Assembly: GCA_028826165.1 (NCBI GenBank)
Contig: JAPDFW010000071.1
Coordinates: 62,001 to 126,000 of the forward strand
Reading direction: 5' to 3'
DNA length: 64,000 bases
Source: Anaeramoeba ignava BMAN
Lineage: Eukaryota > Protista > Anaeramoebae
The translations under genes were made by a program, and so were the position numbers. Shown piece after piece: positions 1 through 10,036 of the stretch (position 1 is its first letter; every line of letters starts with the position of its first letter). Under the pieces are notes generated by a model. That model did no database searches, had not been told where the DNA came from, and saw only the letters and a program-made list of their open reading frames with translations.

Positions 1-3000
1 CGTTTATTCTTAGAAGGAAGATACATAAAGGCTTCACATGAAATTTCTTGAATAAGTTCATTATTTGGAAAATTATTCATTGCTTTAATAATTGATTCAA
101 TTCCTTTTAATTCTCTTATTTCATTTTGATTTCCTTTTTGATTTTTATTTTTTAAAGAAATAAATTGATTTTTTCTTTAATATTCAAATTATTTCTTTAT
201 TGTTATTTACTTTTATTATGATAAGCGAGATTCATTAAAGCTTCACATGCATTTCTTTGCATAGTTTCATTATTTGGAAAATTATTCATTGCTTTAATAA
301 TTAACTCAGTACCATTTAATTCTGGAATTTTATTTTGAATTTCTTTTTTATTTGAATTTTGAATATTTAATTTGAATATTTAATTTGAATTTTGAATATT
401 TAATTTGAATATTTGATTTTAATTTTAATTTGAATATTTAATTTTGATTTGAATATTTAATTTTAATATTTAATTTTAATTTTAATTTTAATTTTGATTT
501 TAATTTTGATTTTAATTTGAATATTTGATTTGAATATTTGATTTGAATATTTAATTTGAATATTTAATTTTAATTTGAATATTTGATTTGAATATTTAAT
601 TTGAATATTTAATTTGAATATTTAATTTTGAATATTTAATTTTGAATATTTAATTTCGAATATTTAATTTTAATTTGAATATTTAATTTGAATATTTAAT
701 TTGAATATTTGATTTGATTACCTTCATCCTCAGGAAGATTCATTAAAACTCCACATGCATTTTCTTGAATATCTTCATTATTTGGAAATTTATTCAATAT
801 TGCAATAAGCTTTTCTACACCTTTTAACTTTTTAATTACATTTCTATTCACTTTTATTTTTTTGTAGAAAATAATTTATTTAAGAATTTATTTAAGAATT
901 TATTTAAGAATTTATTTAAGAATTTATTTAAGAATTTATTTAAGAATTTATTTAAGAATTTATTTAAGAATTTATTTAAGAATTTATTTAAGAATTTATT
1001 TAAGAATTTGAATCAGTTTATTTACATTCATTATTAGCTAAATTCATTAATACTTTGCATTCAGCTATTTGTATCTCTTCGTTATTTGGAAAATTATTCA
1101 TTGCTTTAATAATTAATTCAATTCCTTTTAATTTTCTAATTTCATTTTGATTTTCTTTTTGATTTTTATTATTTTTATTTTTTATTTATATTATTCAGTT
1201 AATTTTTGGATATTTTTTTGTATTTATTTACCAGCATCAAGACAAAGATTTGATAAAGCTAAACTTCCAATTTTTTGAATATTTTCATCATTTGGAAAAT
1301 TATTCATTGCTTTGATAATTAGTTGAATTCCTTGTAATTCTCGAATCATTTTTATATTTTCTTTTTTTTTTGTAAATAAATAAATTTTGATTAATTATCA
1401 TTGATTCAAATAGAATGTTTTAATCTTATTTATTTACTTTCATTTTGAATAGCTATATTGATCATAACTTCACATGCATAATTTTGAATATTTTGGTTTT
1501 TTGGAAAATTATTCATTGCTTGAATAATTGATTTTATTCCATTTAATTCTCTGATTTTATTTTGATTTTCTATTTTTTAAAATTTTTGGAATTAATTTTT
1601 GAATCAATTTTTTGAATCAATTTTGAATTTTTTGAATTACTTCCAAGATTCACAAAAATTCTTTTTAATAATCCATCTTCTTTTTCCTGTATAGATTTTT
1701 GTTTTGTATTATTTTTTGGGTTTACAACTATTGCAATTTCTTGTACTTGTGCATTTTTTTTTTGATTTTGTCTATTTTGAAATATTCCTATTTTTTTTTG
1801 GTGAATAAATTTTTTTTTTGGAAAATCCAATAACTAAATTGTTTATTTACCCTGATCCATATTGAATATTTTCGATAAAGTTTTGAGTGAATTGATTTGA
1901 ATATTTTCGTTTTTTGGGGAATTATTCATTGATTTGATAATTGTTTCAAGTTCTTGTAGATTTGTTGTTTTGTTTTGATTTTCATTTTCATTTTCATCTT
2001 GAAATTGATTTTGATTTTGATTTTGGATTTGATTTTGATTTTGAATTTGAATTTGATTTTGATTTTGATTTTGATTTTGATTTTGATTTTGATTTTGATT
2101 TTGAATTTGATTTTGATTTTGATTTTGATTTTGATTTTGATTTTTATTTTCATTTTCATTTTGATTTTTATTTTGATTTTGATTTTGATTTTGATTTTGA
2201 TTTTGATTTTGATTTTGATTATTTTCGTCTTCATTTTCATCTTCATCTTCATCATATTCGTCTTCATATTCATCTTCATATTCATCTTCATATTCATCTT
2301 CATATTCATCTTCATATTCATCTTCATATTCATCTTCATATTCACTTTCAGATTTAGTTTCACTTTCAGATTTAGTTTCACTTTCGTTTTGATTTTTATT
2401 TTCATTTTGATTTTGATTTTGATTTTGATTTTGATTTTGATTTTGATTTTTATTTTTATTTTGATTTTGATTTTGATTTTGATTTTTTGATTTTGATTTT
2501 GATTTTGATTTTGATTTTGATTTTGATTTTGATTTTGATTTTGATTTTTATTTTGATTTTGATTTTCATCTTGAATTTGATTTTGATTTTGATTTTGATT
2601 TTGATTTTCATTTTTGATTTTTGGTTTGCGATTTTGGCTTCTAATGTTTTGTTTCCAGTTATTTTGTTTTTCTTTTCGATTTTGTTTTCGTTTTGGATGC
2701 TTTCCATTGTAATTCTGTTTGTTTTCATTCTGATTTCGATATGGATTTTTTTTTGGAAGTTGAATTTGAATTGGAATAGGATTTTGATTTTGATTTTGAT
2801 TTTGATTTTGATTTTGATTTTGATTTTTATTTTGATTTTGATTTTGATTTTTATTTTGATTTTGATTTTGATTTTGATTTTGATTTTGATTTTGATTTTG
2901 ATTTTGATTTTGATTTTGATTATTTTCGTCTTCGTCTTCATATTCATCTTCATCTTCATCTTCGTATTCACTTTCGCTTTCATCTTCATCTTCATCTTCA

Positions 3001-4212
3001 TCTTCATCTTCATCTTCATCTTCATCTTCATCTTCATCTTCATCTTCATATTCATATTCATCTTCATCTTCATCTTCATCTCGATATTGATTTTGATTTC
3101 CAAATGCATTTGCAAAAGGATTTCCTTCATTTAAATGAATAAAGACAGAATCAAATAATCGAATAATTAAATGATTTAATGAATTTTTAATTGTAAATTT
3201 GAATTTGATTTTGATTTTGATTTTGAATTTGATTTTGAATTTGATTTTAATTTTGATTTTTATTTTGATTTTGATTTTGATTTTGATTTTGATTTTGATT
3301 TTGATTTTGATTTTGATTTTGATTTTGATTTTGATTTTGATTTTGATTTTGATTTTGATTTTGATTTTGATTTTGATTTTGATTTTGATTTTGATTTTGA
3401 TTTTGATTTTGATTTTGATTTTTGAATTTGATTTTAATTTTGATTTTGATTTTGATTTTGATTTTGATTTTGAATTTGAATTTGATTTTGATTTTGATTT
3501 TGATTTTGATTTTGATTTTGATTTTGATTTTGATTTTGATTTTGAATTTGATTTTGATTTTAATTTTGATTTTAATTTTATATTTTGATTTTGATTTTGA
3601 ATTTGATTTATAATTTGATTTTGATTTTGATTTTGATTTTGATTTTGATTTTGATTTTGATTTTGATTTTGATTTTGATTTTGATTTTGATTTTGATTTT
3701 GATTTTGATTTCGATTTTGATTTTAATTTTGAATTTAATTTTGAATTTGATTAACTGAAAAGAATGAATAAAATAAAGAGTAATTTACCTTGTTGTAAAT
3801 CTGGGATTGCACTTGAAAGCATTTGAAAAAATTGTTGAGCAAGCATTCCTAATTGAAGATCTCTAAATTCTGATTCTGATGTTGATTCTGATTCTGATTC
3901 TGATTCTGATTCTGATTTTGATTTTGAATTTGAATTTGAATTTGAATTTGAATTTGAATTTGAATTTGAATTTGAATTTGAATTTGAATTTGAATTTGAA
4001 TTTGAATCTGTTTTTATTTCTTCTATTTTTGGTCTTTGTTTTTTTTTTAATTCTTCAAGTTCTTTTTCAAGTGTTTCTTTTTCTTTTTGAAGTCGATTTG
4101 TTTCTTCCTTTGTTTTTTCTTTTGATAATTCATTTGATCGAATTTTTGGTTTATCCTTTTGAAATTTTTTTCTCATAAATTTTTTTTTGCCTCTTTTACT
4201 TCTTTTTGACAT
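1..4212 (-). CDS. Armadillo-repeat protein with basic/low-complexity (N/Q, D/E) N-terminus; one ARM repeat per exon; 3' end runs off the window
   Basis: Exon 1 is 4212-3789 (MSKRSKRG...LQQG). Exon 2 is ~3124-1851 (GNPFANAFG, DE and NQ tracts, first ARM; frameshift in the microsatellite near 2485). Further GT-AG phase-1 exons at 1569-1438, 1360-1232, 1154-1026, 850-722, 342-211 and 133-2 each encode a variant of 'EIRELKGIE.IIKAMNNFPNNE.IQ..AC..L.NL'. Confidence 0.75.
875..1008. repeat. Perfect 12-bp tandem repeat (TAAGAATTTATT)n in an intron
   Basis: About 11 consecutive copies directly visible between ARM exons. Confidence 0.9.
3195..3750. repeat. (GATTTT)n hexamer microsatellite filling intron 1 of the ARM gene
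   Basis: Directly visible; it generates the spurious ILIL/DFDF ORFs. Confidence 0.9.
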
Positions 4213-4302
4213 TTTTTTGAAAAGAAAAAAAATGAAAAATGAAAAAAATAATTTTTAATTTTAATTTTAATTTTAATTTAAATTTTAATTTTAATTTTGA
4301 TA

Positions 4303-6152
4303 TTAATTTTGATTATTAAATTTGATAATTAATAAATCAAATAAATTTGGATTTGTTTGATTTAATTGAAAATAATCAATTCCTGTTTCTAATTCATCGA
4401 TTATTTCTTGTGTAATTTGAATTTCTTCTTTGATTTGATTTGAATAAATCCAATATTCAAATATTTGAAATGATTTATTACTTAATTCACTATAATCTGT
4501 AACTTTATTAGATTTATCTTCTGTTACGGATAAAAACATTCCTCGATATAATTCACTTCTCATTATTAATATTAATTTTGGAAATTTATATTGTTTTTCT
4601 TTTCTTTCAATTATAAAATCTTTTTCATTTTCATTTTCATTTAAATAAATTCTTTTCATTGTTTCTTCAATTTTTTCATTTGAATTTATAATTTCTTTAA
4701 TTTCAGAATATAATTTTGGATTTATTATTCTGTTTGAATAAATCATTTCAAATATTTGATTTGATTCTTTAATTGATTTTGTTGAAATAATTTCTTGAAG
4801 TTTTTCAATTTCATTTTCATTTTGATTTAATCTATATTTCAATATTAATTTATGAGCTTCAATTATTTCTCCATTTTCTGTTTTAAATGAAATATTGCAA
4901 AATTCTTTTCTTCTAAATAGTTTTATCAAATCTTCTTCAAGATTGGAAAAAGAAGAAAGAAAAGGAGAATAATAAAGAAATGAATTTTGATATCCACAAG
5001 AAATATGATAATTAGAAATATTTTCATTGAATCTTAATTTAGGAAGTTCAATTTGAATTGGAACTTTTTGATATTTTGTATCTCCAGTTCCTAATTGACC
5101 ATATTTATTAGCACCAAATCCTATCAATTTTGAATTAGATGTTAAAATCAAAGTATGAGATTCACCAACAGAAAAATCAAGAATATTATTATCATTTTCA
5201 AATAAAGATGATTTGATTTCAGTAAATTCATTAGTATCTTCATTTTTGCCAAGTCCATTGTATTTAAAATCTCCACATGAATAAAGTTTTCTTTTTGGAT
5301 TTTCATTTTGATTTTCTTCTTCAATCAACATTATTGAATGATAACTTCCAAATTGAATATCAATTATTTTGCCTTTTGGAATATTTTGAATTTTGGTTAA
5401 TTTTTTGATATTTGTTTCTTTTTTTCTTGATTCTCCTAATCCAAGTTGACCATAATAATTCCAACCGCATCCAAATAATTCTTGATTTGAATTTAAAAGG
5501 AAAACAGATTGTGAAGAACTTCCTGAAAATATTTTAGAAACATTTTTCATCATTAAAATTGGTTTTTCTGTTTTTTTAAGTGTTTTAGAATCAAAAGCAA
5601 GTTCACCAGAATAATTAGAACCAATTCCATAAACATTTTGATTTGAAGTTAATAAGTAAAATGAATTCCAAGCAGAAACAATATCTTGAATTATTATATC
5701 ATTTGTATCTTCAATTAATGATGAAATATTGATAAATTCTTTTGGATATTTTGGATTGATATATTCTCCTTTGGCAAATACGTTTCCTTCTTTTGTTAAA
5801 ATAGCTTCATTTTGATAACCAACAGTTACTTTTTGAATATTTTCTTCAATTTGGATTTTTTCAGGATTTTGATTTGAATTTTGCAAATATTCTATTGCTT
5901 TTCCATTTTTAAAAAGGAAAATTGTTGAATAATTTCCTGATGAAATTTGTTTAATTTGTTTTTCATTTTCATTTTCATTTTCATTTTCATTTTCATTTTC
6001 ATTTCATTTTCATTTTGATTTTCATTTTCATTTTCATTTTCATTTTCATTTTCATTTTCAAATTTAAATTGAATTGGTTTTGTTATTGTACCTGGTTCAT
6101 TTTTGATAAGTTTTGGATATTGATTCCAACCAAAAAATAAACAATCATTCAT
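4303..6152 (-). CDS. RCC1-repeat + BTB/POZ protein, copy 1 (frameshift in ENEN microsatellite near 6001)
   Basis: ORFs 5892-6152 and 4303-5886 join after a 1-nt correction in the (ATTTTC)n tract. RCC1 motifs (GxNxYGQLG, SVGESHTL) are followed by BTB-like segments (FCNISF...AHKLILK; FPKLILIMRSELYRGMF). Intronless. Confidence 0.8.
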
Positions 6153-6341
6153 TTTTGAAAAGAAAAAAATGAAAAAAATAATTTTTGAATTTTAATTTTA
6201 ATTTTAATTTTAATTTTAATTTTGATTTTAATTTTAATTTTAAATTTAATTTTAATTTTAATTTTAATTTAAATTTTAATTTTAATTTTAATTTTAAATT
6301 TAATTTTAATTTTAATATTAATTTTAAATTTAATTTTAATT

Positions 6342-8117
6342 TTAATTTTGATTATTAAATTTGTTAATTAATAAATCAAATAAATTTGGATTTGTTTGAT
6401 TTAATTGAAAATAATCAATTCCAATTTCTAATTCATCAATTATTTCTTGTGTAATTTGAATTTCTTCTTTGATTTGATTTGAATAAATCCAATATTCAAA
6501 TAATTCAAATGATTTATTACTTAATTCACTATAATCTGTAACTTTATTTGAAGTATCATTTGTTACAGATAAAAACATTCCTCGATATAATTCACTTCTC
6601 ATTATTAATATTAATTTTGGAAATTTATATTGTTTTTCTTTTCTTTCAATTATAAAATCTTTTTCATTTTCATTTTCATTTTCATTTAAATAAATTCTTT
6701 TCATTGTTTCTTCAATTTTTTCATTGGAATTTATAATTTCTTTAATTTCAGAATATAATTTTGGATTTATTTTGGAATTATTTGAATAAATCATTTCAAA
6801 TATTTGATTTGATTCTTTAATTGATTTATTTGAAATAATTTCTTGAAGTTTTTCAATTTGATTTTCATTTTGATTTAATCTATATTTCAATATTAATTTA
6901 TGAGCTTTGATTATTTCTCCATTTTCTGTTTTAAATGAAATATCACAAAATTCTTTTCTTCTAAATAGTTTTATCAAATCTTCTTCAAGATTGGAAAAAG
7001 GAGAAAGAAAAGGAGAATAATAAAGAAATGAATTTTGATATCCACAAGAAATATGATAATTAGAAATATTTTCATTAAATCTTAATTTAGGAAGTTCAAT
7101 TTGAATTGGAACTGATCGACTCATTGTATCTCCAGTTCCTAATTGACCATAATTATTATCTCCAAATCCAATTAATTTCCCTTTGGATGTTAAAATCAAA
7201 GTATGAGAACTTCCAACAGAAAAATCAAGAATATTATTATCATTTTCAAATAAAGATGACTTAATTTCAGTAAATTCATTAGTATTTTCATATTTGCCAA
7301 GTCCATTTCTTTGCCGATATCCACATGAATAAAGTTTTCTTTTTGGATTTTGATTTTCAATTTCAATTTCAATCAACATTATTGAATGCCAATTTCCAGA
7401 TTTAATATCAATTATTTTGCCTTTTGGAATATTTTGGATTTTTGTTTTTTTTCTTGATTCTCCTAATCCAAATTGACCATGATAAATATCACCGCATATA
7501 AATAATTCTTGATTTGAATTTAAAAGAAAAACAGATTGTGAAGAATTTCCTGAAAATATTTTAGAAACATTTTTCATCATTAAAATTGGTTTTTCTGTTT
7601 TTTTAAGTGTTTTAGAATCAAAAGCAAGTTCACCAGAATAATTAGAACCAATTCCATAAACATTTTGATTTGAGGTTAATAAGTAAATTGAACCGTGTCC
7701 AGAAATAATATCTTGAATTATTCTATCATTTTTATCTTCAATTAATGATGAAATATTGATAAATTCTTTTGGATTATTTGAATTAATATTATATCCTTTG
7801 GCAAATACATTTCCTTCTTTTGTTAAAATAGCTTCATTTTGATAACCAACAGTTACTTTTTGAATATTTTCAATTTGGATTTTTGAAGAATTTTGATTTG
7901 AATCTTTTTCTCTTAAATATTCTATTGCTTTTCCATTTTTAAAAAGGAAAATTGTTGAAAAAAAACCTGATGAAATTTGTTTAATTTCATTTTCATTTTC
8001 ATTTTCATTTTCATTTTCATTTTTAAATTTAAATTGAATTGGTTTTGTTATTTTATATGGTTTATTTTCGATAATAATTGGTTTTTCATTTTGACCAAAA
8101 AATATAATTTCATTCAT
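6342..8117 (-). CDS. RCC1-repeat + BTB/POZ protein, copy 2
   Basis: Intact 591-aa ORF with RCC1 repeats and two C-terminal BTB-like regions; close paralogue of its neighbours. Confidence 0.9.
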   Translation of the reverse strand: MNEIIFFGQNEKPIIIENKPYKITKPIQFKFKNENENENENENEIKQISSGFFSTIFLFKNGKAIEYLREKDSNQNSSKIQIENIQKVTVGYQNEAILTKEGNVFAKGYNINSNNPKEFINISSLIEDKNDRIIQDIISGHGSIYLLTSNQNVYGIGSNYSGELAFDSKTLKKTEKPILMMKNVSKIFSGNSSQSVFLLNSNQELFICGDIYHGQFGLGESRKKTKIQNIPKGKIIDIKSGNWHSIMLIEIEIENQNPKRKLYSCGYRQRNGLGKYENTNEFTEIKSSLFENDNNILDFSVGSSHTLILTSKGKLIGFGDNNYGQLGTGDTMSRSVPIQIELPKLRFNENISNYHISCGYQNSFLYYSPFLSPFSNLEEDLIKLFRRKEFCDISFKTENGEIIKAHKLILKYRLNQNENQIEKLQEIISNKSIKESNQIFEMIYSNNSKINPKLYSEIKEIINSNEKIEETMKRIYLNENENENEKDFIIERKEKQYKFPKLILIMRSELYRGMFLSVTNDTSNKVTDYSELSNKSFELFEYWIYSNQIKEEIQITQEIIDELEIGIDYFQLNQTNPNLFDLLINKFNNQN

Positions 8118-8169
8118 TTTTGAAATGAAAAAAATGAAAAAAATAATTTTTGAAATTTTGATTTTGATT

Positions 8170-9939
8170 TTAATTTTGATTATTAAATTTGTTAATTAAT
8201 AAATCAAATAAATTTGGATATGTTTCATTTAATTGAAAATAATCAATTCCAATTTGTAATTCATCAATAATTTCTTTTGTAATTTGAATTCCTTCTTTGA
8301 TTTGATTTGAATAAATCCAATATTCTAATATTTGAAATGATTTATTACTTAATTCACTATAATCTGTAACTTTATTTGATTTATCTTCTGTTACAGATAA
8401 AAACATTCCTCGATATAATTCACTTCTCATTATTAATATTAATTTTGGAAATTTATATTTCTTTTCTTTTCTTTCAATTATAAAATCTTTTTCATTTTCA
8501 TTTTCATTTTCATTTAGATAAATTCTTTTAATTGTTTCTTCAATTTTTTCATTTGAATTTATAATTTCTTTAATTTCAGAATATAATTTTGGATTTATTT
8601 TGGAATTATTTGAATAAATCATTTCAAATATTTGATTTGATTCTTTAATTGATTTTTTTGAAATAATTCCTTTAAGTTTTTCAATTTGATTTTGATTTTG
8701 ATTTAATCTATATTTCAATATTAATTTATGAGCTTCAATTATTTCTCCATTTTCTGTTTTAAATGAAATATCACAAAATTCTTTTCTTTCAAATAATTTT
8801 ATCAAATCTTCTTCAAGATTGGAAAAAGAAGAAGGAGAATAATAAAGAAAAGATTTTTCAAATCCACAAGAAATATGATAATTAAAAATATCTTCTTTAA
8901 ATCTTAATTTAGGAAGTTCAATTTGAATTGGAATTTTTTGATATTCTGTATCTCCAGTTCCTAATTGTCCATGTTCATTAGCACCAAATCCAATTAATTT
9001 CCCTTTAGTTGTTAAAATCAAAGTATGAGAATCTCCAACAGAAATTTCAAGAATATAATCATTTTCAAATAAAGATGATTTGATTTCAGTAAATTCATAA
9101 GTGTTTTCAGTTTTGCCAAGTCCATTAAATCCAGAATATCCACATGAATAAAGTTTTCTTTTTGGATTTCGGTTTTGATCTTCAATCAACATTATTGAAT
9201 AAATATTTCCAAATTGAATATCAATTATTTTGCCTTTTGGAATATTTTGGATTTTGGTTAATTTATATATTTTGGTTTCTTCTTTTCTTGATTCTCCTAA
9301 TCCAAGTTGACCATGATAATCCCATCCGCATCCAAATAATTCTTGATTTGAATTTAAAAGAAAGACAGATTGTGAAGAACTTCCTGAAAATATTTTAGAA
9401 ACATTTTTCATCATTAAAATTGGTTTTTCTGTTTTTTTAAGTGTTTCAGAATCAAAACCAAGTTGACCTTTTTGATTAGAACCAATTCCATAAACATTAT
9501 GATTTGAAGTTAATAAGTAAATTGAATATTCTGTAGAAACAATATCTTCAATTATTCTATCATTTGTATCTTCAATTAATGATGAAATATTGATAAATTC
9601 TTTTGGATTATTTGAATTAATATTAAATCCTTTGGCAAATACATTTCCTTCTATTGTTAAAATAGCTTCATTTCCAGATCCAACAGTTACTTTTTGAATA
9701 TTTTCAATTTGGATTTTTTCAGAATTTTGATTTGAATCTTTTTCTCTTAAATATTCTATTGCTTTTCCATTTTTAAAAAGGAAAATTGTTGAAAAATTTC
9801 CTGATGAAATTTGTTTAATTTCATTTTCATTTTCATTTTCAAATTTAAATTTAATTTTCATTGGTTTTGTTATTTTATATGGTTTATTTTTGATAATAAT
9901 TGGTTTTTGATTTTGACCAAAAAATATAATTTCATTCAT
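8170..9939 (-). CDS. RCC1-repeat + BTB/POZ protein, copy 3
   Basis: Intact 589-aa ORF with the same architecture. Confidence 0.9.
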   Translation of the reverse strand: MNEIIFFGQNQKPIIIKNKPYKITKPMKIKFKFENENENEIKQISSGNFSTIFLFKNGKAIEYLREKDSNQNSEKIQIENIQKVTVGSGNEAILTIEGNVFAKGFNINSNNPKEFINISSLIEDTNDRIIEDIVSTEYSIYLLTSNHNVYGIGSNQKGQLGFDSETLKKTEKPILMMKNVSKIFSGSSSQSVFLLNSNQELFGCGWDYHGQLGLGESRKEETKIYKLTKIQNIPKGKIIDIQFGNIYSIMLIEDQNRNPKRKLYSCGYSGFNGLGKTENTYEFTEIKSSLFENDYILEISVGDSHTLILTTKGKLIGFGANEHGQLGTGDTEYQKIPIQIELPKLRFKEDIFNYHISCGFEKSFLYYSPSSFSNLEEDLIKLFERKEFCDISFKTENGEIIEAHKLILKYRLNQNQNQIEKLKGIISKKSIKESNQIFEMIYSNNSKINPKLYSEIKEIINSNEKIEETIKRIYLNENENENEKDFIIERKEKKYKFPKLILIMRSELYRGMFLSVTEDKSNKVTDYSELSNKSFQILEYWIYSNQIKEGIQITKEIIDELQIGIDYFQLNETYPNLFDLLINKFNNQN

Positions 9940-10036
9940 TTTTGAAAAGAAAAAAATGAAAAAAAAATATTTTGAATTTTGATTTTTAATTTTTCATTTT
10001 TTTTTCATTTTTAAAATTAATTAAATAAAAAAATAA
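9940..10036. promoter_or_regulatory. 97-bp divergent promoter region with oppositely oriented TTTCATTTT initiator-like motifs
   Basis: AAAATGAAAA near 9955 lies ahead of the minus-strand ATG at 9939; TTTTCATTTT near 9991-10010 lies ahead of the plus-strand ATG at 10037. Confidence 0.55.

Noticed and set aside
1570-1830. 86-aa minus-strand ORF as an extra exon
   Set aside because: It lies within the 1850-1570 intron; direct splicing keeps the ARM frame, and inclusion would need an implausible 17-nt intron.
1926-3613. Long ORFs of IKIK/ILIL/DFDF type (also near 25357, 30760, 40029-41050 and 61522)
   Set aside because: They are translations of stop-free microsatellites in wrong frames or introns; where coding, the real frame is N/Q or D/E.
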